A DNA stretch of 64,000 bases from an uncultured Candidatus Saccharibacteria bacterium (GCA_964562105.1 CAZLRP010000001.1:2949-66948); one strand, 5' to 3'. Shown: positions 47,871 through 57,466, numbered from the stretch's first letter. The notes: generated by a model not told the origin, from the letters alone. Translations and numbers: made by a program.

Positions 47871-48287
47871 ATGACCTACATGATATTAAACACATTTCCA
47901 GATCTGTTAACGTTTAGCATACTCTCTCCTTTTATATTGAGAATTGTTTTGGGTGTTATCGCTATGAATCTCGGCTATCTCAAACTAACTAAAGAAAAAA
48001 TAGATTGGCAGGAACTTTTTGAAACAATAAACATACACCCTGCCAATTTTTTTGTAAAAGTTTTAGCACTTATAGAAATTACAGGAGGACTAATGCTTGT
48101 AATCGGAGCTTATACTCAAATAACCGCAATAATATTCGCTGTGTTATTCTTCTGCGAAGCCGTATTGGAATACAGAGAATCAGACCTAGAAAAAAGAAAT
48201 CTTACTTTTTACATACTGATGTTTACGATTTCCCTTTCGCTCGTCTTCCTCGGAGCCGGAGCTTTTGCGATTGATTTGCCGCTTTAA
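47871..48287 (+). CDS. DoxX family membrane protein
   Basis: DoxX-like TM pattern; start taken at MTYMILN. Confidence 0.65.
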   Translation: MTYMILNTFPDLLTFSILSPFILRIVLGVIAMNLGYLKLTKEKIDWQELFETINIHPANFFVKVLALIEITGGLMLVIGAYTQITAIIFAVLFFCEAVLEYRESDLEKRNLTFYILMFTISLSLVFLGAGAFAIDLPL

Positions 48288-48312
48288 TCGGACCTGCTTT
48301 TTATTTTGTAAT

Positions 48313-48347
48313 AAAAAAGTCTCGAGTTTGCATTACTCGAGACTTTT
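48313..48347. terminator. terminator hairpin downstream of 48366-48698
   Basis: AAAAAGTCTCGAGTTTGCATTACTCGAGACTTTT. Confidence 0.7.
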
Positions 48348-48365
48348 ATTAAACTTAAATTAATG

Positions 48366-48698
48366 CTACGACGGCTTTGGCGTCGGAAGGCCTGTGCCAC
48401 CGTGGGTATTTTTTCCACCCGTCTTACAATAATCCTCAATAACAGCACACGCTTTGTTAAAAACCTCAACATCAAAATCAGGATATTTTTTAGCCATATC
48501 TCGTGCTAAATCCCAAGTTTTCACTTGGCCATCCTTCAAAAGACAATTGAGTACCTCGATTTTATAGACACTATCCACATGAATCTGACTGCGATAATGC
48601 TTGGCTCGATTCTCATACTCTTTGAGTTTTTCTTGGAGCTGATTCCTCCTTTCTGCGTTGTCTGGAAAAAAAATTACTGGTGATTCTTCGTTGGGCAT
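48366..48698 (-). CDS. hypothetical protein (possible winged-helix), visibly higher GC
   Basis: 110-aa ORF; terminator hairpin at 48313-48347. Confidence 0.4.
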   Translation of the reverse strand: MPNEESPVIFFPDNAERRNQLQEKLKEYENRAKHYRSQIHVDSVYKIEVLNCLLKDGQVKTWDLARDMAKKYPDFDVEVFNKACAVIEDYCKTGGKNTHGGTGLPTPKPS

Positions 48699-48740
48699 AA
48701 TGTCCTCCTTTTTATCGTGCGAAATTGAATAACAAAATAA

Positions 48741-49523
48741 TCACGTGCAAGAATCTTTTCGGATCAGATCCTGAAGTTTTGCCAAGCCAACAAGCAATGT
48801 GAGTTGTTGCAATGATGTGTCGGTATTATGTGGACCCAAAGAATATCCACGATCAAGTGATGTATCGTAATAACCATCTGGATCAAGACCGCAGGCATTG
48901 CCTGGGACAGTGAAGTTTATCCATTTTGGTTGTCTACATAACGCTTGAAAGTAATGAAAATACGAGGAAGATTTCCTCTCGGGCCACATATGAGCATCCG
49001 CTCTAATCATTGCTTTTTCAACATCAGTTAGGCAAAAGTTATTGGGTATTTTTGAAAGATATGCGATAACAGTAGGTGTTAGCGTTACATTCAAAGCTCC
49101 GCCCCAAAGATAACCGCCAACTACAAAATTATCCACGACCATAAGTTGCGGTCTTTTACAATCCGTGCTTTCTTCAAAAAGCCACAGAGTTGTAAAAAGC
49201 ATAGCTAATGTTGAACGGAGACCAAGGATATTTGTTTTATCAGATCTAAGTACCGGCAATATACATTCGTACGCCAACCAATCTTTATGATCTGATTTAC
49301 AAGAAATAAGAACTTCTCCAAATCCCCAAGACTTCCCTATTTTAAACTCGGTAAAAGAATCGGTAGATAATTTTTCATAGTCCGTGACAATCGGCAAATT
49401 TTTCTTTATTTTTTCCAAACGATCCATCGCGGCAACGTGAATTCTTATCAACAAAGTTTTTTCATCTTTCACACTAAGTTCATACCACGCCGGAATAATT
49501 TCCCTTTCTGGGCATCGTGTCAT
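48741..49523 (-). CDS. hypothetical protein, visibly higher GC
   Basis: 260-aa ORF with no recognised motif; co-oriented with 48366-48698. Confidence 0.45.
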   Translation of the reverse strand: MTRCPEREIIPAWYELSVKDEKTLLIRIHVAAMDRLEKIKKNLPIVTDYEKLSTDSFTEFKIGKSWGFGEVLISCKSDHKDWLAYECILPVLRSDKTNILGLRSTLAMLFTTLWLFEESTDCKRPQLMVVDNFVVGGYLWGGALNVTLTPTVIAYLSKIPNNFCLTDVEKAMIRADAHMWPERKSSSYFHYFQALCRQPKWINFTVPGNACGLDPDGYYDTSLDRGYSLGPHNTDTSLQQLTLLVGLAKLQDLIRKDSCT

Positions 49524-49747
49524 TGTTTTCTCCTTTTAAGACAAATTTTGAAAATCAAACAACTTTTCTATTTATACCTTATATAGTAAGAATGATTTTG
49601 TCAACGATTATATTTGGTAATAAAAAAGAGCGTAATCGCCATTTTTCTTGTGGTCACAGATAATTTCCTCTTAAATTAAGTATTTTCATGAAATGCTTTT
49701 TTATATACTATATTTATAGAAAATATAACACGTGATATGATTGTTTT

Positions 49748-50812
49748 ATGGAAAAGATAAAAAACGAAGACTTAGGTTATGATACTTTTTTTGAATTAAA
49801 CAGATTAAAATTGGGTGAATTTTCTGTTGGACGAGTTATTGCTGAATATAAAGAAGTTTATAAAATCAAAAATTCAACTAGTGAATATTTGGCTAAAGTA
49901 ACTGGAAAAAGAATATTTAACGCTTCATCAAGAGAAGATTATCCTGCTGTCGGAGATTGGGTAACAATTACTGAACTTAATTCTGAACAAGCTGTAATTC
50001 ATGAGATATTACCAAGAAAAACCGTAATAAAAAGAAAAAGCAATAACAAAAATGAGGTACAAGTAATCGCAACAAATATCGATATTGCGCTTATTGTCGA
50101 ATCAATTGATAGAGATTTTAACTTAAACCGCTTTGAAAGATATTTTACTATTGCAAATGATGGTGGAATAAAATCTACTATTATATTAAATAAGATAGAT
50201 TTAATTTCCAAAGAAGATTTAGCTGCAAAATTAATAAAAATAAAAAATAGATTTAATAATATCGATATTATCTTAACCAGTGTTATAACAAGCGAAGGGT
50301 TAGATGAATTAAACAAATATATCTTACCTAAAAAAACTTATTGTTTCCTAGGTTCATCAGGTGTTGGAAAATCATCTTTAATTAATAAATTACTTGGCGA
50401 AAATTCAATTGAAACAAAAGATATAAGTTTTCAAACCGGCAGAGGAAAACATACTACTACAAGCAGAGAAATGTACTTTTTAAAAAATGGGGGTATTGTT
50501 ATAGATAACCCAGGGATGAGGGAGGTTGGAATGACAAATACAACCCTTGGTATTGATAATTTCTTTGATGAGATAACGGCGCTGTCTAAAGAATGCAGAT
50601 ATTCTGACTGCTCCCACACTTCTGAACCAGGGTGTAAAGTTTTATCTGAATTGAAATCTGGCAGATTAGATGAAAGTAAATATTCAAATTATATTAATTT
50701 AAAAAAAGAAACTGAATATTATGATATGACTGATTTTGAAAAAAGAAAAAAAGATCACAAATTTGGAAAATTTATTAAAAAAGCAAAAGAAGAGATAGAA
50801 AAATATAAATAA
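49748..50812 (+). CDS. rsgA: ribosome small-subunit-dependent GTPase A
   Basis: LGSSGVGKSSLIN P-loop; C-terminal CRYSDCSHTSEPGC zinc knuckle. Confidence 0.88.
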   Translation: MEKIKNEDLGYDTFFELNRLKLGEFSVGRVIAEYKEVYKIKNSTSEYLAKVTGKRIFNASSREDYPAVGDWVTITELNSEQAVIHEILPRKTVIKRKSNNKNEVQVIATNIDIALIVESIDRDFNLNRFERYFTIANDGGIKSTIILNKIDLISKEDLAAKLIKIKNRFNNIDIILTSVITSEGLDELNKYILPKKTYCFLGSSGVGKSSLINKLLGENSIETKDISFQTGRGKHTTTSREMYFLKNGGIVIDNPGMREVGMTNTTLGIDNFFDEITALSKECRYSDCSHTSEPGCKVLSELKSGRLDESKYSNYINLKKETEYYDMTDFEKRKKDHKFGKFIKKAKEEIEKYK

Positions 50813-50930
50813 TATTTAAATTAATTATTGACTTAAGCACACAAATTGGTGTGGCTATAACTTTTACTTTTTGGGAGCTCAAATAGTTCATCGCCCGCAC
50901 CTCTCACCTCGTCGACACTCGGTTCGGGTT

Positions 50931-50990
50931 GGGCACCAGCTCATTCGTTTTTTCTGCTGAAAAAACATCATTCCGCTGTTCGATTCCAAC
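50931..50990. repeat. tRNA-linked module downstream of tRNA-Lys
   Basis: identical 51-nt core followed by an inverted copy of the tRNA-Lys T-loop (GATTCCAAC). Confidence 0.7.
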
Positions 50991-51061
50991 ACGTGAGCCA
51001 AGCAGTTGGCTCACTTAAGCGCACAAAATAAAATCAGCCCCTTCAGGCTGATTTTATTTTG

Positions 51062-51134
51062 TGCGCTTAGTTGGAATCGAACCAACGACCGTCTCCTTAA
51101 AAGGGAGCTGCTCTACCGACTGAGCTATAAGCGC
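51062..51134 (-). tRNA. tRNA-Lys (anticodon TTT)
   Basis: cloverleaf; anticodon loop CTTTTAA; T-loop GGTTCGATTCC. Confidence 0.85.
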
Positions 51135-51195
51135 ATGCAATAACCGAGAAAATATAACAAGAAATTAACAAAAAGTCTATAGATAAACCTATGTT

Positions 51196-51346
51196 GTCGT
51201 TCCCGCGCAGGCGGGAATCTAGGTTGAGTTCAATTAATTCTGGATTCCCTTCTTACAGAAGCTGTACACCTTTCACATTTTGATTACAAAACGTTCAAGG
51301 TCTTGCGGAAGCAAAAACTTTTGCTTCCTCACCTCCGCGGGAATGA
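51196..51346. mobile_element. family-1 double-hairpin element with ~95-bp internal insert
   Basis: GTCGTTCCCGCGCAGGCGGGAATCTAGG ... CCGCGGGAATGACAG; internal hairpin GGAAGCAAAAACTTTTGCTTCC is related to hairpins at 25132 and 26768. Confidence 0.55.
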
Positions 51347-51362
51347 CAGACTCACTGCCCTT

Positions 51363-52106
51363 CTACAATTCCAAAATAAATTTCTCTAACGCTACAAAAA
51401 AATCTATATTTCCTCTGTGAGCTTCATGATACATTGAAACAAGCTTAGAAGAAAAATTTTCCAATTCTTTATCTTTATAATTTTTTGAATACTCGTGAGC
51501 TTTTTGAAATGGAAACGATTTCATATTCGCTTCTTCGGCAGTTTTGCATAATTTACCAAGCAACATACTTTTTACTTGCCAGAAAAATATTCCGTGTACC
51601 TCCTCCGCAGGCACTTGTTCAGCAAGTGCATCTTGATATAGCACCCACAATCCCCTTTTATCGCGCCTGCCTAGAGCATCGGCAAACTCAAAAAAATCTA
51701 TTTTCTCGCCAATCAAAGCAAGTTTTTCTTTTTTATTCAGGGCCTTTTCCGGTTTTACAAACTCCTGCATTTTTTCAGCATTTTTTTCTATCTTTGCAAG
51801 GCTTATTTTATCCATCTTACCTTCCGCAAAGATAAAAATATTGTCCGAACCTGCAAATTCTTTAAGATTTTTTAAAATTAATTCTTTATTATCTTTATTA
51901 TCAAAAGTTTTGTATAAAAATATAATATATTTGCTGGAAAAAAGCGCCTGGCTTCCGGCAAGTTCCATTATCTTCCCAGCCGACAAATCTTCATCTCCTA
52001 TTTTTATCAAAGTTGCATCGGGTTTTTTTGAAAGCAAAGAATCAACGGTTATTTTTGCTTTTTTTCTTGAAGATTCAGTATCCGTACCATAGTAAAAGTA
52101 AATCAT
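51363..52106 (-). CDS. holA: DNA polymerase III delta subunit
   Basis: MIYFYYGTDTESSRKK N-terminus typical of holA; 247 aa. Confidence 0.65.
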   Translation of the reverse strand: MIYFYYGTDTESSRKKAKITVDSLLSKKPDATLIKIGDEDLSAGKIMELAGSQALFSSKYIIFLYKTFDNKDNKELILKNLKEFAGSDNIFIFAEGKMDKISLAKIEKNAEKMQEFVKPEKALNKKEKLALIGEKIDFFEFADALGRRDKRGLWVLYQDALAEQVPAEEVHGIFFWQVKSMLLGKLCKTAEEANMKSFPFQKAHEYSKNYKDKELENFSSKLVSMYHEAHRGNIDFFVALEKFILEL

Positions 52107-52259
52107 AATAAACAGTTTAGCGTAAAGTCGAGTAGGAAGCAAAAACCTAGTAATTTAATTATTATGAATTTAAAATAAAAAAGTGGCGCAGGTTTGGGGA
52201 AACTGCGCCACTCTTGGACTTTGTCTGAGAAGACGATAGACAAACAAAGCCCGGGGAAC

Positions 52260-52838
52260 TTACGAAACATGAACAAACCCACAATTAGGAAGCCATTCTT
52301 TGGGAGGTTTGTTTAATTTCAATGCATTCACCCAACGAGTGCCTTGAATGTACGAGAAACCTGACTCTTCATGCATAGATACAATCCTCGAAAATCCCAT
52401 TTTTTCTGTTCCATCTTCCTTGAGAATTTTCCAGATATGGCATGTTGTTTCTAGATTTGAAATGCCAAAATCACTTTTGTCATCCAAGACTTCAGCGATT
52501 TTAGCATTGTAAAACCTTCCTTTCGGACCAGGTTTATAATCACGAGACAACAGTGCTTGTCTTGCAAGGGGTCCTATTAGAATATCGTTGAGATCAAAGT
52601 ATGTAACCCATGCTTCGCCCGACCAACCATTTAATTTATCTGCGACATGAACTATACCACTTTCTCTATGCCACTTGCTCTCATGAACAAGCCCGGGAAA
52701 CTTTCCTTGAAGCGCAAGCTTGAGAAACTTTTCCAAAATATTCGGATCATAAGGGTAATCACGGTGCACGACTTGATCTCTGAGCTCCATTATGTATGCC
52801 TCGAGCTCTCTTTTTTGGATATCTGGAATATTGCTCAT
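52260..52838 (-). CDS. hypothetical protein
   Basis: 192 aa from MSNIPD; no motif. Confidence 0.45.
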   Translation of the reverse strand: MSNIPDIQKRELEAYIMELRDQVVHRDYPYDPNILEKFLKLALQGKFPGLVHESKWHRESGIVHVADKLNGWSGEAWVTYFDLNDILIGPLARQALLSRDYKPGPKGRFYNAKIAEVLDDKSDFGISNLETTCHIWKILKEDGTEKMGFSRIVSMHEESGFSYIQGTRWVNALKLNKPPKEWLPNCGFVHVS

Positions 52839-52974
52839 AATAATACTCCTTTCGTAAGTTTTTATTAAAGAAATTCTGTATTCATTGTACACCCGTAACA
52901 TCTGCGTGCAAGAATAGACAAAACCCTCGAAAAGCTACGAAATAGATAGATTTTTTAGATTTTTATGATCAAAT

Positions 52975-53775
52975 TTATTTAAACAATATCAAAGCACTCG
53001 CGACAATAGATGCTGTTTCAGCGCGAAGTATTTGCGGACCAAAAGAAACGCTTTTTATTCCCTTCTGCTTAAACAACCCTCTTTCCTTTTCTGTCCAACC
53101 ACCTTCGGGCCCGATAAGTATTCCTATTTTTCTTGCCCCGTCAAATTGGCTTTTTATTTGACTGGGGTTATCTGAATTACCACACTTCGCTCGCAAAGAC
53201 GAACTAAAATTTTCTCCATCAAAATCAAGAACAAATAATTCTCCATCGAAACCTAAAATAGCTTTTTCTAACAATTCTGGATTAAAAATCTTCGGTAATG
53301 CGGTTTTTCCTGATTGTTCTGCTGATTCTTTTGCAATTTTGTTCAATCTTTCTAGATTTAAATTTTTTTTCTCGCTTCTTTCAGAAATTATTGGATGAAA
53401 AGCAGAAACCCCAATTTCTGTGCATTTTTCCACGACAAATTCAAAATTATCTTTTTTTATAATTGATTGGAAAATGTGCAACTCCACAGACGCGGAACTA
53501 CGCGGATTTGACGCAGACTGATGCGGATTTTTAATTTCTTTATCGACAATTAAAATCGCTTCTTGTTTTGAAAGGATTTTAAAATATGCTTCGTATTCGG
53601 AATTTCCACCATTAAAAATTATTATGCGGCTTACCCCGTCAAATTGGCTTTTTATTTGACTGGGGTCGCTAGCTTTCAGTCTGAAAACTTTTATCCACTG
53701 ATGTAAAAGCTCCTTATCGTCAACGTGAACTTCTTTTTTTATTTCTTTGTTTATATAAAATCTGTGCAGTCTCAT
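52975..53775 (-). CDS. rsmE: 16S rRNA (uracil1498-N3)-methyltransferase RsmE with three in-frame repeat insertions
   Basis: MRLHRFYI start and GILIGPEGGWTEKE C-terminal motif; carries two PSQIKSQFDG insertions and one P2 (SASNPRSSASV) insertion. Confidence 0.8.
   Translation of the reverse strand: MRLHRFYINKEIKKEVHVDDKELLHQWIKVFRLKASDPSQIKSQFDGVSRIIIFNGGNSEYEAYFKILSKQEAILIVDKEIKNPHQSASNPRSSASVELHIFQSIIKKDNFEFVVEKCTEIGVSAFHPIISERSEKKNLNLERLNKIAKESAEQSGKTALPKIFNPELLEKAILGFDGELFVLDFDGENFSSSLRAKCGNSDNPSQIKSQFDGARKIGILIGPEGGWTEKERGLFKQKGIKSVSFGPQILRAETASIVASALILFK
53146..53167. repeat. P1 palindromic element copy in rsmE (first)
   Basis: identical 30-nt core, in frame (SQIKSQFDG). Confidence 0.85.
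53491..53530. repeat. P2 repeat (CGCGGAACTACGCGG...GACGCAGACTGATGCGGA) inserted in frame in rsmE
   Basis: encodes SASNPRSSASV within rsmE. Confidence 0.7.
53634..53665. repeat. P1 palindromic element copy in rsmE (second)
   Basis: identical core, in frame (NPSQIKSQFDG). Confidence 0.85.
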
Positions 53776-53832
53776 AATTAATGTGATATTTAGTATACAG
53801 TTATAGCATAAGAAAATCAAAAACAAAAAATT

Positions 53833-53903
53833 GTCATTCCCGCGGAGGCGGGAATCCAGTATTAATTCAATTCAACACTAGATTCCCGCCTCCGCGGGAA
53901 TGA
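53833..53903. mobile_element. gene-less double-hairpin miniature of the GIY-YIG family-1 element
   Basis: GTCATTCCCGCGGAGGCGGGAATCCAGT + 18-nt spacer + TAGATTCCCGCCTCCGCGGGAATGAC, between rsmE and clpP. Confidence 0.65.
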
Positions 53904-53974
53904 CACGATAAGATGGTTGCTTTCAATTAATTTTTGATATATCCTTGAATTGTCTTTAATAATTTAATTGGTTA

Positions 53975-54008
53975 TTAATCTAAAATCTAGAAACTATAAC
54001 CTAATCCA
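53975..54008. repeat. CTAAAAC-type 9-mer array upstream of clpP
   Basis: AATCTAAAATCTAGAAACTATAACCTAATCC. Confidence 0.45.
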
Positions 54009-54581
54009 ATGAACTTAATACCAACAGTCATAGAAAAATCACAATTTGGCGAACGCGCTTTTGATATTTATTCAAGACTTCTCAAAGAAGGAATAATTTT
54101 CCTAGGTGGTCCAATAGATGATGATTCCGCAAATATAGTTATTGCCCAACTTCTTTTTTTGCAATCAGAAGATTCAAAAAAAGATGTAAAGCTTTATATA
54201 AATTCTCCTGGAGGATCTGTTACGGCCGCACTTGCAATACTTGATACAATGAACCATATAAAAAATGATGTTTCCACTGTATGCGTTGGCGTAGCGGCCT
54301 CGGCTGCGGCTCTACTTCTTTCTGCCGGGGAAAAAGGAAAAAGGCTTTCTTTGCCAAATTCGGAAATAATGATTCATCAGCCAATGGGAGGCGCACAAGG
54401 CCAAGCTTCGGACATTGAAATCAATGCGAAACAGATTTTGAAAATTAAAGCGAAATTGAATAAAATAATGGCAGATAATACGGGAAAAACTGTCGCCCAG
54501 ATAGAAAAAGACGCCGATAGAGATTATTATATGTCAGCAGAAGAGGCAAAAAAGTATGGGATTATTGATAAGATAATATAA
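54009..54581 (+). CDS. clpP: ATP-dependent Clp protease proteolytic subunit
   Basis: [10 protein letters not shown]...[14 protein letters not shown]...MIHQP catalytic-triad context. Confidence 0.93.
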   Translation: MNLIPTVIEKSQFGERAFDIYSRLLKEGIIFLGGPIDDDSANIVIAQLLFLQSEDSKKDVKLYINSPGGSVTAALAILDTMNHIKNDVSTVCVGVAASAAALLLSAGEKGKRLSLPNSEIMIHQPMGGAQGQASDIEINAKQILKIKAKLNKIMADNTGKTVAQIEKDADRDYYMSAEEAKKYGIIDKII

Positions 54582-54592
54582 AAAGAACTGGA

Positions 54593-54630
54593 AAAAGCAC
54601 GGGTTTGCTTCGCAAACCCGTGCTTTTTCG
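54593..54630 (+). terminator. terminator after clpP
   Basis: AAAAAGCACGGGTTTGCTTCGCAAACCCGTGCTTTTTCG. Confidence 0.8.
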
Positions 54631-55046
54631 TTGTTTTCCTAAATTTTAGAAAGAAAATGAAGATGGACAATATCATAAAAATATTATACTATTGAGTAGT
54701 TAATAATTTAATTTCGAAAGATTCCGTTTTTTGTCAGATTTTTAAAAGGAGTCTGTGAAGAATCTAATGTCTGACTAAAACGTTTAAATTTTGAGTGAAA
54801 ATAATGAAGTCCAACGAAATATATCGAGATATGTTGAGGAGGAATAAGTTATTTGCAACCAAAATTTAAGCGTTTTGGTAGACAAGCTATATTTATTTTT
54901 ATTTAGCGATTAGATTCTGAATAGACTCTGCAAGCAGTATGTTTTTATTTCAATCGAAAAAAGTCCTAATCATAAAATTGATTGGGCAACAAACTACATA
55001 AGGCTAGGAAGAAGTCTAAAAAAGACGAAGTCTTTTTTATAATAGT

Positions 55047-56576
55047 ATGTCATTAAAAATAGTCGCTCTTATCGCAAGTTTCGTTGGTCTTGTTGGCATT
55101 GCGATAGGATATTTCTTGCGTATCATCATATCACTTGGGAAAAAAGGTTCTGTGGAACTTGAAGTCAGGCAGATGATGCTAAGCGCGGAAGAAAAAGCGA
55201 AAAAAGTCATTATTGATGCAGAAACAAAATCTGTTGAAATAATGAGCGAAGCCAAAAAAGACGTAAGAGAAAAAGAGGAAAAATTTAAAATCACAGAAGA
55301 TCGTTTGATCAAAAAAGACAGTCTTCTTGATCAAAGGCAGATAGATTTAGACAAGGAAACAGAAAATCTCAAAGCAAAACTGGTTGAGATTAAGGATATG
55401 AAAGAAAAAGTGGAAAAAATAGAGGCGCAAAAAAACGTTGAGCTTTTGTCTATTGCAAAAATGTCAGAAGAAGAGGCAAAAAACAATCTTTTCTCGTCTA
55501 TAGAAAAAAAATATTCGGAAGATATTTTAGGAAGAATGAAAAAATTGGAAGAATCTGGAGAGGAACAATTGGAACATAGAGCAAAAGAAATTCTTGCAAC
55601 TTCAATACAGAGATTATCCACTTCGGTTGCTCCAGATATTATGTCCACGATTTTGAGTATCCCCTCAGACGAGATGAAAGGAAAAATTATCGGCAAGGAG
55701 GGAAAAAATATCAAAGCTTTTGAAAGAGTTACTGGTGTTGAGGTTATCGTAGACGATACTCCGGGTATCATTACAATATCCTCGTTTGATCCTATCAGAA
55801 GACAAGTTGCCCGAGTCGCTCTTGAGAATTTACTTCTTGATGGAAGAATCCAGCCGGCAAAAATTGAAAAAATTGTAGAAAAAGCTCAGCAAGATATAAA
55901 TAAAATCATTAAAGAAAAAGGAGAGCAAGCCGCTTATGAATGCGGGGTCATAAATCTAGATTCTAGGGTTATCGCCATTTTAGGAAGATTACATTTTAGA
56001 ACAAGTTATGGACAAAACGTTCTTCAACATTCAATAGAAATGTCTTTGCTTGCCGGAATGATTGCCGAAGAGCTTGGTGCAAATGTACAAGTAGCAAAAA
56101 CTGCGGCTTTGGTACACGATATTGGTAAAGCGCTTGACCACGAGGTTTCAGGAACTCACGTAGAAATCGGTAAAAGAATTCTTCAAAAATTTGGAGTTAG
56201 TGAAAATGTCGTAAAAGCTATGCAATCTCATCATGAAGAGTATCCTTACGAAAGCCTTGAAGCTGTAATAGTTCAAGTGGCTGATACGATTTCGGGTGGA
56301 AGACCTGGCGCTAGAAGCGATAGCATAGAAAATTATTTAAAGAGATTGCAAGAGCTTGAAGCTACAGCAAATTCGTTCAAGGGCGTAGAAAAATCTTACG
56401 CTTTGCAAGCAGGACGAGAAATAAGGGTTTTTGTAACACCGGAACAGATTTCGGATATTGAAGCAAAGGAATTGGCAAGAGATATAGCTGATAAAATTGA
56501 GCAAGATCTAAAATATCCGGGAGAAATAAAAGTTACTCTGATTAGAGAGTCAAGAATCATAGAATATGCCCGGTAG
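55047..56576 (+). CDS. rny: ribonuclease Y
   Basis: N-terminal TM helix, KH domain (IIGKEGKNIKAFE), HD domain (HDIGKA); stop codon lies inside the GIY-YIG element's inverted repeat. Confidence 0.9.
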   Translation: MSLKIVALIASFVGLVGIAIGYFLRIIISLGKKGSVELEVRQMMLSAEEKAKKVIIDAETKSVEIMSEAKKDVREKEEKFKITEDRLIKKDSLLDQRQIDLDKETENLKAKLVEIKDMKEKVEKIEAQKNVELLSIAKMSEEEAKNNLFSSIEKKYSEDILGRMKKLEESGEEQLEHRAKEILATSIQRLSTSVAPDIMSTILSIPSDEMKGKIIGKEGKNIKAFERVTGVEVIVDDTPGIITISSFDPIRRQVARVALENLLLDGRIQPAKIEKIVEKAQQDINKIIKEKGEQAAYECGVINLDSRVIAILGRLHFRTSYGQNVLQHSIEMSLLAGMIAEELGANVQVAKTAALVHDIGKALDHEVSGTHVEIGKRILQKFGVSENVVKAMQSHHEEYPYESLEAVIVQVADTISGGRPGARSDSIENYLKRLQELEATANSFKGVEKSYALQAGREIRVFVTPEQISDIEAKELARDIADKIEQDLKYPGEIKVTLIRESRIIEYAR

Positions 56577-56885
56577 TGAATTTTCAACTCAATTATGTTT
56601 TATGTCTATATTTTACAAAGTAAGGTTAAATTTGACCAATTATATATAGGTTTTACTACAGATCTCAAAAATAGACTAATAAAACATAATCAGAAGTTAA
56701 ATTTTTCTACTAAGACATATGCGCCATACGAGCTTATATATTATGAAGCCTGCAAAGAAGAGTCTGATGCAAGGCGAAGAGAAAATTATCTAAAGACATC
56801 TCAAGGTAGAAGATTGATTAAAAGGCGTATAAAAGACTGGCTGTATATAAGGAAAAATTTAACAAGTTGAAAATCTACTACCGGG
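56569..56885 (+). mobile_element. GIY-YIG family-2 element with 21-bp terminal inverted repeats CCCGGTAGTGAATTTTCAACT / AGTTGAAAATCTACTACCGGG
   Basis: the left TIR contains the rny TAG stop; the right TIR contains the GIY-YIG gene's TGA stop. Confidence 0.7.
56595..56870 (+). CDS. GIY-YIG nuclease family protein
   Basis: FYVYILQSKVKFDQLYIGFTTDLKNRLIKHN GIY-YIG motifs; flanked by 21-bp terminal inverted repeats. Confidence 0.85.
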   Translation: MFYVYILQSKVKFDQLYIGFTTDLKNRLIKHNQKLNFSTKTYAPYELIYYEACKEESDARRRENYLKTSQGRRLIKRRIKDWLYIRKNLTS

Positions 56886-56928
56886 TATGCGAGATAATTA
56901 TTGAAAAAACATAAAATAATAAATAAAA

Positions 56929-56961
56929 TAAGGGTTTTCGCTTCGCGAAAACCCTTATTTT
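56929..56961 (+). terminator. terminator after the GIY-YIG family-2 element; same conserved core
   Basis: AAGGGTTTTCGCTTCGCGAAAACCCTTATTTT. Confidence 0.75.
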
Positions 56962-57140
56962 ATTTATTATTACACACCACATTCTAAATAGCGTCTACTG
57001 ATTCCCTCTATTGCGCTTTAATAGCAAGGTATTATAATACTGAACAGGTCACCAAATCTTTTATGTGTAGGGAAAGCACAGAAAAGTTTTAAAAGCTTCG
57101 CGTGTCCGGACCTGATATGCGAAATAATTTGCAAATTATT

Positions 57141-57413
57141 ATGAATAAAATGGGTATTGTTGAAGCCGTACAAGGAGTTCTTGGAGGAACAAAAGTACAA
57201 GCTGAACAAGTCGTGGATATGGTTTTTGATACGGTAGTAAAAAGTTTGAAGAAAGGAGATGAAGTATCAATCGCAGGAATTGGTATATTCTCAGTCAAAC
57301 AAAGAGCCGCGAGACAAGCTAGAAATCCAAGAACTGGAGAATCTATCTCGGTCGCAGCTATGAAGGTTCCAAAATTCAGAGCAGCTAAGGCTTTGAAGGA
57401 AGCAGTAAAATAG
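57141..57413 (+). CDS. hup: HU family DNA-binding protein
   Basis: GIGIFSVKQRAARQARNPRTGESI arm motif. Confidence 0.88.
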   Translation: MNKMGIVEAVQGVLGGTKVQAEQVVDMVFDTVVKSLKKGDEVSIAGIGIFSVKQRAARQARNPRTGESISVAAMKVPKFRAAKALKEAVK

Positions 57414-57438
57414 CTTCAGTATTCTACGTAGAATAACA

Positions 57439-57466
57439 AAAAAATCGCCGAGAGGCGATTTTTTGT
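57439..57466 (+). terminator. terminator after hup
   Basis: AAAAAATCGCCGAGAGGCGATTTTTTG. Confidence 0.8.
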
